From Candidatus Latescibacterota bacterium (GTDB taxonomy: Bacteria; Latescibacterota; UBA2968; SICM01): a DNA stretch of 64,000 nucleotides. A program made the translations under genes and the position numbers. The stretch covers positions 5,120,001 to 5,184,000 of the forward strand of contig CBDCJO010000002.1 of NCBI GenBank assembly GCA_965217865.1, in the 5' to 3' direction. Below, piece by piece: positions 53,077 to 63,150 of the stretch. Position 1 is the first letter of the stretch, and each line of letters opens with the position of its first letter. The notes below the pieces were generated by a model. That model was not told the origin of the DNA and made no database searches. It saw nothing but the letters and a program-made list of their open reading frames with translations.

Positions 53077-53718
53077 CTATCCCAAAATCTCGAATCGTAT
53101 CTTTTCGCTGGTCTGGAGGATATCCGTGAAATCGGGAGGGAGGAGGATCTGGAGGAAGGGACTGATCGAGAAGGTATCCTCAATGACTTCCCTATTATCA
53201 TCGCAGACAATTCGGAATTTCCTATCGGAATCCTTCAGCTTTTTATTCCTTTCGATGAGGGACTCAGGAACCGTAAAGACCCTCACGTCACCCCATTCAT
53301 TCAGGACCAGCCAGGAGGTTGGCGAAAGGACCCGGATCCGGCTTGTCCCCGCGGTTGCAAGGGACTGTTTAGCCGGTATGGGTACTGGGACAACAGCCTG
53401 GGGTTTCGATGGCTGTTTCTTTCCGTGCTTCGAGCGTATCTTCCTGCCAGATCCCCTGGTGGGTCGGACATGCCGAGGCCTTGTAATGAGCCGGACATTG
53501 GCCGCGATGGCGAATATCAGGAAAAAGGCGAGGAGAACGGTTAAGACGCCTCCGGAATAACCCGGGAGATCCAACCCCAGCCGAAGCCCGCCGATCATCA
53601 CAGCCACCGTGTTTAGAAAGATGGCCGAACCCGCGAGGTGTGCCGTGGAGAGAAGATACAGTATCAGGAGCGGGGAGAGGATGGCGGTGGCGGAGATTGT
53701 AAATGCTGAGGAGTCCAC
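53077..53718 (-). CDS. Hypothetical protein with three N-terminal TM helices
   Basis: Hydrophobic N-terminus, basic linker, soluble C-terminus. Confidence 0.65.
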   Translation of the reverse strand: MDSSAFTISATAILSPLLILYLLSTAHLAGSAIFLNTVAVMIGGLRLGLDLPGYSGGVLTVLLAFFLIFAIAANVRLITRPRHVRPTRGSGRKIRSKHGKKQPSKPQAVVPVPIPAKQSLATAGTSRIRVLSPTSWLVLNEWGDVRVFTVPESLIERNKKLKDSDRKFRIVCDDNREVIEDTFSISPFLQILLPPDFTDILQTSEKIRFEILG

Positions 53719-53969
53719 GATATGCAGCTCTTAATCAGTGTTGAAGGGAATGGTTCTGGATAGAACGTGGGGATTTTTACTACTAGAATATATATAAATT
53801 AAAAATCAAAAACAAGAGAGAGATTTTTTTTGAGCCAGTTCCTGAGCCAGTTTAACAGGGGTTCTTCTTTTAGCTAATGGCCTTATTCCCCGACTGGAGT
53901 CGGGTCCCACAAGTCTAAGGGGTCATTTCATTCATCTAAATCCCTGGCTTCTGACCCATGACCCCCGTC

Positions 53970-54341
53970 CTAATCCCTTGGGGGGACGGCACAGAGAAAC
54001 CCGAAAGGCTCATCTCCGATGTTCTCGAATTGATGCTGTTCGTTGGGCGGAATGTAGACCACGTCTCCAACGCCGAGCTCCGCCACTTCCCATCCCATCA
54101 TCACCCGGGCTTTCCCCCTGAGGATGTAGACCCCATGGTCGTGGTCGTGTCGATCGAAAGAGGTCTGTCCACCTGAAGCGACTTCGTAATACCGAAGGCC
54201 GAAGTTCACCGCGCCATCCTGGCTGCCGATCAGAACGCTTTTTGTCCCTCCAACGGCTCCTCCTTCCTCGTATTTCTCGATCGAAACTCCCTCCCATTCA
54301 AAATCCCCTTTTTCCCCCTTGAATCTGTGCAGGACGCCCAT
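53970..54341 (-). CDS. Cupin-domain protein
   Basis: HDHDHGVYI..G, GDVVYIPPNEQHQF. Confidence 0.9.
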   Translation of the reverse strand: MGVLHRFKGEKGDFEWEGVSIEKYEEGGAVGGTKSVLIGSQDGAVNFGLRYYEVASGGQTSFDRHDHDHGVYILRGKARVMMGWEVAELGVGDVVYIPPNEQHQFENIGDEPFGFLCAVPPRD

Positions 54342-54360
54342 GGGTTTTCCTCATAAGAAG

Positions 54361-54506
54361 CCGTGAGACGTGAAACGTCAAACGTGAAACGGAAAAGCAG
54401 TAGCAAGTGGCAGTGGCAGGAAAAGCAGGGGTCAGAGGACCGAGGTCAGGGGTGGGAATGCGACCCTCCGCTTCACGCTTCACGCTTCACGAGATACGCT
54501 TCACGG
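54361..54506. repeat. Heptamer/hexamer tandem tracts filling the cupin-ferritin intergenic region
   Basis: CGTGA(G/A)A-type x4, CAGTGG-type hexamers, GCTTCAC x3+1. Confidence 0.85.
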
Positions 54507-54508
54507 TT

Positions 54509-55552
54509 TTACATAAAGTTTCGGACTCCGCTTCCGTGGAGCTCGGAGATCTTCTCAGCTGTTGGACCATCGAATCCCACCTGGATCAATTCGCGGACTC
54601 TCTTCTTGTGCATTGTATCATAGAGCTCGCGGACGCGTTCTTTTCCCCTCGCCAACCGGTCGGAATCCTCGCCGCCACCCGCCAATACCATCAGGGCTTT
54701 CTGCACAAAGGGACTCGCTCCCGAGGCCTGTTGAAGGAATGCAGTTCGTTTTTCAGTTGCCTGACTTAACTTTTGGACGACTTCGGGGTCGTGCTCGATG
54801 TGATATCCGATATGAGAAAGGCCGTATCCGACGTGCCGGCCCTCATCCTGTCTCGCCATCTTGAAGATCTGACGCGTTACGGGATCAGGGGCGGCTTCTT
54901 CCAGGAATTTAAGCAGTTCCATGAATGTCCCCTCCCCAAGTACGTGGAGGAGGAAGGATGCGTCGGTAAAGTCCTCCTGAGAGAGGAGGCTTTGCAGGGA
55001 CCATTCGGTGGCGGAAGAGACGTACTGCAGCCCTCCGCCGTTTGCGAGGGCTCGTTTCGTGAAGACTTCCACGTGCCTGGCTTCGTCCATCACCTGGCTG
55101 GAGAGGAACATCACGACTTCGGAGAAGCTGGGATCGATCCTGGAAAGAAACTTCGCCGGGATGTAGAGCGCCAGGTATTCGTTCTGGATCAGGAAAGTCA
55201 TAATCTGACAGACCGCCCGTTCCATGTCTTCGGGAAGCTCGGGAAGGTCGCGCCAGGGGATGTCCGTCGTCGCGTTCCACTGGCCTGATTTGGCCTGTTC
55301 GACAAGGTCCGCGATGTTGTCCGACTAGACATCGATCTTCCGCCTGATAGGAAAGCCGAAATCCGGGGTTTTGGGGTCCACCACCGCCCCCCGCTGGGCC
55401 AGCCCGAAATTGGGGGGGGCCGTGTCGGGTACGTCAGCCGAACGACCTACAAAACAGTCGATCAGGTTGATTCCCTTCTGATCCTTTGGGTTGATTTTGA
55501 TCCCCCAGTCCGGCTCTCCCCATCCGGAGGTATCCGGGAGTTCGATATCCAT
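54509..55552 (-). pseudogene. Ferritin-like diiron protein with an in-frame TAG at 55327-55325
   Basis: KIDV*SDNIADLVEQAKSGQW..DIPW continues in frame; QNE, DEARH, GEG, DEGRH diiron ligands. Confidence 0.85.
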
Positions 55553-55831
55553 GATATCGATATCCTTTCGAATCGTATGAATAGGCAACTATTATGAAAG
55601 TGGATGAAAAAATATAACGGAATACATAAATGGGAGAAAGGATAAAAAGGATTCAGAATGTCAATGATTCATGGGTCTGGAGTCGAGAGGTCAGAAAAGC
55701 AAGTGAAACGGCAAACGGAAAGTCGAAAGCTTAGCTATACGGGTAAGGTAATGAAGGAAATTTATTGATCAGAAAAGGTCACATTAGGTGAAGATCGCTG
55801 GAAATTAACTTGGATTCAATTCAAGTAAAGA

Positions 55832-55893
55832 GATCCTTCGCGCACAGAGTTCGGGGGAAGATCGAAGCTTCGGCGGGGGGGGCGCTCAGGATT
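55832..55893 (+). repeat. REP-like GATCCTTCG..CGCTCAGGAT element
   Basis: Same ends as 57046-57092. Confidence 0.65.
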
Positions 55894-55952
55894 ACATTTT
55901 TCACACATCGATTGTCGAAATGAGAAGCCTCCCTTTAAGCCCGAACGACAGA

Positions 55953-55983
55953 AAAGCCCGGCAGATCAAATCCGCCGGGCTTT
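55953..55983. terminator. Intrinsic terminator, potentially bidirectional
   Basis: AAAAGCCCGGC..GCCGGGCTTT just downstream of the gene ending at 56017. Confidence 0.8.
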
Positions 55984-56016
55984 GAAATCATTCAAAAAAG
56001 ATTGGAGTCCGTTCCC

Positions 56017-56907
56017 TTAACCCCTTCCCGGGAAGGTGAGCTCGGCAACGCCGGATTTATCGAGCTCCCCTTTGCCAAGCTCGATCATTCGATCGTACTG
56101 ATCCTTGGTCGCCTGGGCAAGCGGGAGGTTGAGTCCGGCGGCCTTTCCGAGTGCGAGAGCGATCCCGGAGTCTTTTGAGGCGTGCGCAGAAGAAAAATAG
56201 CATTCGTGGTCACGGTTCTGCATGTCCTCTCCGTCTGTCTCCAGCACGCGGGAATTGGCCCCTGTCTGAGAGAACACCTCCTGAAGCATCCCCAGGTCCA
56301 GTCCCAGGGAAGCCCCCAGTCCCAGCCCCTCGGCCAGGCCCGCTGTGTTGATATTCATCACCATGTTCACCAGCGCCTTTACCTGGGCAGCCTTTCCGGC
56401 TTCACCGATGTATGTCAGGCTCGTGCTCATCGAATCCAGAATGGGCTTCGCGTTATCGAATGTGACGCGCTTTCCCCCGCACATCAGATAGAGCGTGCCA
56501 TCCCTCGCCTGGGTGATGCTGCTGGCCATGCACCCTTCGAGGCTCTCCCCGCCGGCCTTTTCCGCAAGGGACTGGACATCGACGTGTACCTGAGGAGAGA
56601 TCGTGGCACAGTTGATGAAGACTTTCCCGCTTGCCCCCTGCAGGAGGCTGTCCCCATCTCCGGCGAAGATGTTCCGCATGGACTCGTCGTCCGTGACGAC
56701 CGTTATGATATAGTCGGCGGAATTCGTGACTCCGAGGAGGGAATCGGAAGCCTCGATCCCGAGCTCCGAGGCCAATTTCTTCGCGACTTCAGACCGGGTA
56801 TCGAAGACCGCTGTGATTGAAAAACCATCGTCTTTCAGGTGGCGTGCGATGTTGGCACCCATCCTGCCCACCCCAACAACCCCGATTTTATAGTCAGAAT
56901 TGGCCAT
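56017..56907 (-). CDS. Beta-hydroxyacid dehydrogenase family (3-hydroxyisobutyrate/6PGD-like)
   Basis: GVGRMG, INCATISP, G.A..VKALVN, KDSGIA; GGAGGG RBS before ATG 56907. Confidence 0.9.
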   Translation of the reverse strand: MANSDYKIGVVGVGRMGANIARHLKDDGFSITAVFDTRSEVAKKLASELGIEASDSLLGVTNSADYIITVVTDDESMRNIFAGDGDSLLQGASGKVFINCATISPQVHVDVQSLAEKAGGESLEGCMASSITQARDGTLYLMCGGKRVTFDNAKPILDSMSTSLTYIGEAGKAAQVKALVNMVMNINTAGLAEGLGLGASLGLDLGMLQEVFSQTGANSRVLETDGEDMQNRDHECYFSSAHASKDSGIALALGKAAGLNLPLAQATKDQYDRMIELGKGELDKSGVAELTFPGRG

Positions 56908-56976
56908 CTTTCCCTCCAATCGCGAGTTTCGCTTCGCCGCAGCCAAAAGAGATGTAAGTTTCTTACAGAGAAGCAT

Positions 56977-57092
56977 CGCGCGGGAATGAATTCCCGCGCT
57001 ACGAATATAAAGTCCGGCGCAACCGGACTACCTAGCCTATACCCGTCCTTCGACTGCGTTCCGCAACAAACGCGGAACTCCGCTCAGGATGT
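56977..57092. repeat. Cluster of REP-like hairpins
   Basis: GCGCGGGAAT-GA-ATTCCCGCGC-TAC, AGTCCGG..CCGGACT, CCTTCGAC..GCTCAGGAT. Confidence 0.7.
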
Positions 57093-57247
57093 CTTCATCA
57101 TGATTTATGACTCCCTTAACTATCGCAGGCTTCGAATCGCTCAGTCGCAACTAATATCGCCCCACGGGGACTCTACCCGAGGATTGAAGATGCCCAATTT
57201 AAACGGACCCATTATGTATGTCAAGGTTTTTGGAGGGGTACCAGACA

Positions 57248-58072
57248 CTATATCAAACGCAGCATAGCCAGGGTTGAAGCCTTCCGTTCGTCGAACCGGA
57301 CCAATCCGACTTCACGGGCAATTCGAAAGGCCTCTTCCAACTCATCTGTCGTAATGTGACGATTGATCTCCTGGTATTTCTCCCCGTTCACCTTTCCTGC
57401 CGGATAGTATTGCGCCATCAGATTGATATAGGTGTCCGGTGAAATATTTTCGGACAAAAATCGTACGATTTCCCGGGTTTCTTCCAGGCCGTCCGGCATG
57501 ACCAGGTGACGAACAAGCACTCCCCGTCTGGCCATCCCGTGCGAATCGAACCTCAGGTCACCCACCTGGCGATGCATTTCCCTGATGGCCGCCCGGGCTG
57601 CGGATGGGTATTTCGGGGACTTGACATATCTTTTGGCCTGATCCTCATGCCAGTACTTGAAATCCGGCATGTAGACGTCCACGATGCCTTCCAAATGGTA
57701 AAGGCTGTCGAGCGAGTCAAACGCGCTGGTGTTGTAAACGATGGGGAGATTAAGCCCGCTTTTTATGGCAAAGGGAAGGGCTTCGAGGATTTGGGGAACC
57801 ACGTGCTCGGGAGTAACCAAGTTGATGTTATGACAGCCCATCTCCTGAAGTTCAAGCATCATCTCTGCCAATTGTTCAGGTCCGACTTCCGTTCCAGCTT
57901 CCTGCTGGCTGATATCGTAGTTTTGACAGAAAACACATCGCAGGTTGCACCAGGCGAAGAAAATCGTGCCGCTGCCGTTCCAACCACGCAGGCAATCCTC
58001 CTCCCCGAAGTCGGAGGCCAGAGTCGGGGAAAAACGGTAGCAGTGGCAGTTGGCAGTGGCAGGAAAAAGCAT
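57248..58072 (-). pseudogene. PflX-like radical SAM protein whose N-terminus is replaced by a repeat tract
   Basis: FGEEDCL..GSGTIFF..CNLRCVFCQN, DVYMPDFKY, RHLVMP; upstream codons (FPATANCHCYRF) come from the CCACTG repeat family. Confidence 0.75.
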
Positions 58073-58093
58073 AGGCCTTCCACCACTGGAATT

Positions 58094-59281
58094 TCATGAT
58101 TCATGGATCTTTTGGTAACTCCTTTTTAGAAAATGATCCAGGACGAGGGAAAGGCATCCGACGAGCGCCGCGATAGCCAGCACTGCGTGGATCGTATCCG
58201 CAGAGCCCGCAAAGATATCATTCCGGCCCCGGACTTGGTCATAGATTTCCAGAAGCAGCAGCCCCTGTGGAAGGACGGCTATTCCGGCCAGCCGACCATA
58301 TGGATGGGCTTTGCCACCGACCAGCACCCCGCCCATCAATTTTCCCCCGATCATTGCGCATAGATAGATTGCAGCGATCGCCCAAACCTCGTTCGGTACG
58401 TCCGGGAGCCTTTCAACGGCGATCTGCATCCCGAACACACTCAGAAGAAGGACGCTCATTGCCTTTCCCGTGGGATCAAGGATCCTACTGAGCCTGGCCT
58501 GAACGTTCGCTCTCAATGATATAAGGAAACCGACCATCAAAGCGGTCAGGAGAAGATTGTGTCCAAGAGTGGCGGAAGTCCACTGCAGGAGGATGACCAT
58601 GCCGAAGAGCAGGACGAGCAGGGGAGTATCCCCTTTCAATGCGGACTCCACCCAAACCAAAGTTCCGAACCAGAAACCTGCGACTACAACCGCGAATCCT
58701 ATCCCCGATATAAATGCCGTTCCGGTTCCCAAATAGGTTGTGGTCAACCCATAAAGCAGGAGGCTGATCCCGCAGCATAACATTATCACCAGGCGGGTTT
58801 CGGGAAAACTTTTCGAGGATGCGAAGTTCAACATGGGAGCGGTCAACGAAGCGGCCACTCCCAAAGCCATCACAGCGGGGGTGGGAAGTTCGAAGAGGAC
58901 CTTTAGGAAGAGGACTGCAAAGAGACAGGGCAATAGGACGCAAAGACTCGCGAGGGGCAGGTGGGAGATCCGAAGGTGATTTCGAATCCTGCCGACCTCA
59001 AACCCAACGCTGAGGCCGACCCATCCGAGAGCGATAGAAACCAGGGGGTCCCCCACGGTGAGTAAATGGCTGGGAAGGACGCCCGAGCCCCTTGCGATCA
59101 CGCCAGCGGCGACGTAACCGACCTCAACGGGGAGTCCACAAATCTGCAGGAGCTTGCCCCCGAAATAAGACAGAACTATCAGGAAGCCGATATAAAAAAC
59201 GGGCTCGGTTACCGGTGAAGGCCCTTGCTGAATCCAATAGGAAAGGCCGATCACGCAAATGGGAAGGATCAGGTTTCTCAT
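58094..59281 (-). CDS. Cation:proton-antiporter-like membrane protein
   Basis: About 12 TM helices; IALGWVGLSVGFE, GKLMG, LPQG. Confidence 0.7.
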   Translation of the reverse strand: MRNLILPICVIGLSYWIQQGPSPVTEPVFYIGFLIVLSYFGGKLLQICGLPVEVGYVAAGVIARGSGVLPSHLLTVGDPLVSIALGWVGLSVGFEVGRIRNHLRISHLPLASLCVLLPCLFAVLFLKVLFELPTPAVMALGVAASLTAPMLNFASSKSFPETRLVIMLCCGISLLLYGLTTTYLGTGTAFISGIGFAVVVAGFWFGTLVWVESALKGDTPLLVLLFGMVILLQWTSATLGHNLLLTALMVGFLISLRANVQARLSRILDPTGKAMSVLLLSVFGMQIAVERLPDVPNEVWAIAAIYLCAMIGGKLMGGVLVGGKAHPYGRLAGIAVLPQGLLLLEIYDQVRGRNDIFAGSADTIHAVLAIAALVGCLSLVLDHFLKRSYQKIHES

Positions 59282-59285
59282 AAAT

Positions 59286-59348
59286 GAAGCAGAATACAGA
59301 ATATAGAATACAGAATGAAGTCAGAATCAAAGTCAGACTTCAGAATCA
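59286..59348. repeat. AGAATA(C/T) heptamer tract between the two transporter genes
   Basis: CAGAATACAGAATATAGAATACAGAAT. Confidence 0.85.
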
Positions 59349-59350
59349 GT

Positions 59351-60547
59351 CTATTCGGGGACGGATTGGCTTATGGGTCTTACGGTCGCGGTTGTGGCCT
59401 GGGTAAAGATTATGGCAAGTGCCATACCTCCAATAATCGTGACTGGTGGGATGGATCCGTTCGAGGCCAGGTAAAAGGGCTGCATACAGATGGCAATCGA
59501 CAGGGTGCCCAATGGAAAAAGACCCATCCCGATAAAATTAAAATCCCGCTGATACGGACGTATAAGTCGAAACAAGAGCCCGATCCCCAATGTCCTGAGT
59601 ACGGCGCGCGCAAGGAAGATCAACATGGCGAGGGATAGCATCCCCTGAATATTCAATTGGAGGGGAACCCAGACTCCGATCGTGATGCCGGCAACCCATA
59701 AAAACAGGCATTCTATTACGGGGGACAAACGATTGGAAACGGCCTGAACATCCTGTCTCCTGAGGGTAGTGTTGATCAACCAAACCCCGGCGATGAATCC
59801 TGAAAAAAGGGCCGGCAGATCCAGGGCCACACAGAGCCCCCCCGCGGCAGCGACCAAGGCGACGGCCAAATAAGATATTTTTTCCAGGGCTGGCTCAATG
59901 CGAAGGGCAATGTCCAGCAGGACTCCGGTGAAGAGGCCGATTAAAATCGAGATTAGAAGGGGATCGGTCTCTCCGACAAATAATCCGGTTGCAACGGAGA
60001 TCGGGGGGCGCGTTACAAGCAGTGTGGAGATACAACCAAACAGGATAAGACTGACGCTGTTGCCGAGCACGTGTTCCTTTAAACCAGAAGTCTTATCAAG
60101 GCCCCCATGTACTGCTATAGACGCTGCGGTGCTCAATGTCAGGGCCAGAACAGTCAGATTCTCCCCTAAATTTAGATCCTGGGAAATTTCGGGAAGGAGG
60201 ATGAAGATAACGATCAGGAGGAGTATGAAGGTAACGGCACTCTGAGTGATATCAAAAAGGATGGACCTGGGTGACAGTTTTCTCAGCATCCGAAATTCAA
60301 CGTTCACGCCGAGTTGAAGTCCGATCCATCCAATGAACAGGTTGGTCAGGGTCACCTGAATGTGTTGGAAAAACTGGCGGCCTTCGATCTCTGAGGAGAA
60401 TCCGAACCCGATGAGAAATCCCACGACGAGGTACTGAGTCTTTCCCTTGAAGAACAGGTTAAGGGGCTCGGGAAGGTGTCGACCCCTTGTCAGATGGAAC
60501 AACAGGGAGAAGGCGAGTAGAGAGATTCCCAGGACCAGCAGGGCCAT
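59351..60547 (-). CDS. Cation:proton-antiporter-like membrane protein
   Basis: About 12 TM helices; IGWIGLQLG, FSGFIAG. Confidence 0.68.
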   Translation of the reverse strand: MALLVLGISLLAFSLLFHLTRGRHLPEPLNLFFKGKTQYLVVGFLIGFGFSSEIEGRQFFQHIQVTLTNLFIGWIGLQLGVNVEFRMLRKLSPRSILFDITQSAVTFILLLIVIFILLPEISQDLNLGENLTVLALTLSTAASIAVHGGLDKTSGLKEHVLGNSVSLILFGCISTLLVTRPPISVATGLFVGETDPLLISILIGLFTGVLLDIALRIEPALEKISYLAVALVAAAGGLCVALDLPALFSGFIAGVWLINTTLRRQDVQAVSNRLSPVIECLFLWVAGITIGVWVPLQLNIQGMLSLAMLIFLARAVLRTLGIGLLFRLIRPYQRDFNFIGMGLFPLGTLSIAICMQPFYLASNGSIPPVTIIGGMALAIIFTQATTATVRPISQSVPE

Positions 60548-60668
60548 ATCAAATTCTTTCTACAAGAATTTTGGAATGTGTGCGTCCGTGCAGGACAGGA
60601 GGTTAGCAAAGAGGCGAAGCCGGTTGTCTGGCTTCGCCTCCGTGTGTTGAATGGTATTCGGGAAAAGT

Positions 60669-61100
60669 TTAGAAAGGGAGATCGTCGTCTTCTTTGCTTC
60701 CGGACGGTTCGAGTGCGGGAGACGTTACCTCGGATCTTCCTTCCCAGTCTTCTCGTGGGACGTCCCGCCCGTCGAGCATTTGCATATCACGGGCCACGAT
60801 TTCCGTGGTATAGCGTTTGTTCCCATCCTGTCCGTCCCACGATCTGGTCTGAAGACGGCCTTCGATATAAATTTTACTCCCCTTCTTCAGGTACTCGTTG
60901 CAGATTTCTGCCAGCTTACCCCATACCACGATCCGGTGCCACTCGGTTTTCTCCTGGCGTTCTCCCTTTCCGTCCACCCAACTTTCGTTGGTTGCAAGGT
61001 TGAAGTTGGTCACGGAGGAACCCGAAGGGGTGTACTTTAGCTCGGGATCTCCTCCGAGGTTGCCGATTAGGATGACCTTGTTAATTCCGCGACGACTCAT
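60669..61100 (-). CDS. ssb: Single-stranded DNA-binding protein
   Basis: [33 protein letters not shown] tail. Confidence 0.98.
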   Translation of the reverse strand: MSRRGINKVILIGNLGGDPELKYTPSGSSVTNFNLATNESWVDGKGERQEKTEWHRIVVWGKLAEICNEYLKKGSKIYIEGRLQTRSWDGQDGNKRYTTEIVARDMQMLDGRDVPREDWEGRSEVTSPALEPSGSKEDDDLPF

Positions 61101-61174
61101 AAGATAACTCCTTATAAATAAAAGTTATATATAAACTATATTCGCCCGGACTTCAGCCAGAGCGCACCTGATAT

Positions 61175-61203
61175 AGTATACATATTTGCCCCTAATAAGT
61201 CAA
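61175..61203 (-). promoter_or_regulatory. Sigma70 promoter of ssb
   Basis: TTGACT-N17-TATACT. Confidence 0.75.
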
Positions 61204-61422
61204 GCGGAAAATAAATGATTATCATATTGTAATTAATTGACTTAACGAATATCCGTGATTAATTACGATGCGTAGATGCGTTTTTTGAGGATCGCACCGC
61301 GATCCTGAAGAAAATCAAAGACCAATATCGCTGGCATGCCAAGGATGTCAGGTGAATTATATGAAAAGGTGACGGGATTAGATGGGAGGGACGCCGGCCT
61401 CGGCGTCCACCACGAGGAACTT

Positions 61423-61646
61423 ATTGCAAACTGAAAATTGTAAAATGGAAAATGCAAATTTTAGGGTAGACAGGATACGCGACGGGTCTCCGATCCCCGA
61501 ACCACGAACCACGGATTTTTGAGGCCGCGAGCCCTCCCGGAAAAGGTCGATTCTAGACATGTCGCAGGTGGTCTTGTTTGCTCCCGCCGAAAACGCCGCC
61601 GAGGCCATGGAAATGGAAAATGAAAAATGCAAAATGGAAATTGCAA
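61423..61646. repeat. Paired AAAATG(G/C/A) heptamer tracts with an internal ACCACGA tract
   Basis: Tracts at 61423-61460, 61495-61514 and 61607-61646. Confidence 0.75.
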
Positions 61647-61739
61647 GGTCGCGCTCAAAAGCAATGGTTCAGGACCTGAGAATACAGTTTGACTTGATGA
61701 GGTTTTGCCTTATTGACACGACTCTTTGGGGGGGTTAAG

Positions 61740-62114
61740 TTATGATGGGTCGATCTCCGGGGAATTTTCAAGCAGGTTTGAAATCAGGGCGTCGAAGGCC
61801 TCCTTCCCCTGGGTTTCTCCACCGTGGAGAGACGCCAACTTTTCAAGGATTTCGGCCTTGAGGCGTGGCATAATATCCTCTGCTTTTTGAGTGATAACGG
61901 GATCGTCGAGGAGCCTGAAAGCATCGGTTGCATTAAGCTGGCTGGGATGCGTGTGGGCTCCCCCGAGGAGGACGCAGACCTGATATATCAGATCGAGGAA
62001 TTGTGTGTAGGTAGTGTTCGAGGCGAGATTCAAAAATTTATCTTCAGCAACGGGATCGTAATAGTTATCCTTGATGGCTACGATCAGCCGTTTCGTTTCA
62101 TAATCCAGGGACAT
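61740..62114 (-). CDS. Hypothetical helical protein
   Basis: ORF from ATG 62114, preceded directly by an ATTGAAG tract at 62118-62149. Confidence 0.65.
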   Translation of the reverse strand: MSLDYETKRLIVAIKDNYYDPVAEDKFLNLASNTTYTQFLDLIYQVCVLLGGAHTHPSQLNATDAFRLLDDPVITQKAEDIMPRLKAEILEKLASLHGGETQGKEAFDALISNLLENSPEIDPS

Positions 62115-62364
62115 AATATTGAAGATTGAAGATCGGAAGATTGAAGATTTCCCCTCAACACCCCACAAGAATACAGAATACAGGAGAAATCAAGTCATTC
62201 AGTCCACAGTCAGGAACCATTAGAAGATTGAATATTGACGATTGGCCGGAGTAAAAGGTTTTTGAGGATTTAAATCATTCCCGATAAAAATAATCAAGAT
62301 GATTAAGGATGACAAGTCCGAAAATTTTGGATGGGGGCGTCACAGGGTTTGGTTGACTCTATAA

Positions 62365-63150
62365 GTGGAGTCGCTATTCACCCTTGCGATTGGAGGAACC
62401 GTTTTGAGGTTATCTGAAGAACAAATTGGATTTTTTTACCACCGGGGATATCTTCCGGTCGAAGACCAATTTTCTTCAGCGCATACCTCGCGGTTGACTC
62501 AGAGGATCGAGGAGCTTTGCGAAGACTGGCGGGGGGATGCGGCGAGGGAGGTGGGAATCCTGCACGAACGGGAGGTGTTAGCGTCGTTAGGAAGAATAAC
62601 ACCTTCAAATGAGACGGTGGGAAGTATGGCCAACATCGCGGCTTCCGAGAGTCTCTTTCGAGATCACGCTGCGGACCCCGACCTGATTCGCATGGTCTCG
62701 GATCTGATCGGGGAACCCGTCCGACTTTTCTCGGACCGCATCGTTCTGAAACCACCCCGGCTCGGATCTGAAAAGCCTTTCCACCAGGACAATGCGTATT
62801 TCCACGTGCTGCCAGAGGATGCGTTCATCACCTGCTGGTGTGCCCTGGATGATGCCACGTTGGAGAACGGATGCCTGCACTATTTCCCGGGGTCCCACAC
62901 AAAGGGAACCATCGACCACGAGAAGATCCCGAAAACGCCACACTTGGTTCCGAGGGGCATTGATCCGAAAGGGTGCGTTCCCGTTTCCATACGATCCGGG
63001 GGTGTCATCTTCCATCACGGCTTGACGATTCACACCTCAGGCCCCAATCGATCTGAGCGATGGAGAAGGGCTTACATCTGTCACTATGTCCGAACGGACG
63101 CGGAGTATCCCCTCAAGCCCGGATATCCGGTTGATGTAAAAAGTAATTGA
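62365..63150 (+). CDS. PhyH-family Fe(II)/2OG dioxygenase
   Basis: FHQDNAY, ALDDATLENGCL..PGSH, HTSGPNRS.RWRR. Confidence 0.92.
   Translation: MESLFTLAIGGTVLRLSEEQIGFFYHRGYLPVEDQFSSAHTSRLTQRIEELCEDWRGDAAREVGILHEREVLASLGRITPSNETVGSMANIAASESLFRDHAADPDLIRMVSDLIGEPVRLFSDRIVLKPPRLGSEKPFHQDNAYFHVLPEDAFITCWCALDDATLENGCLHYFPGSHTKGTIDHEKIPKTPHLVPRGIDPKGCVPVSIRSGGVIFHHGLTIHTSGPNRSERWRRAYICHYVRTDAEYPLKPGYPVDVKSN

Noticed and set aside
1408-55327. Genome-wide TAG reassignment or pyrrolysine use
   Set aside because: TAG ends clearly complete genes such as sucB; the three in-frame TAGs correspond to different expected residues (Q, W, and a probable small deletion); no pyl genes in the window
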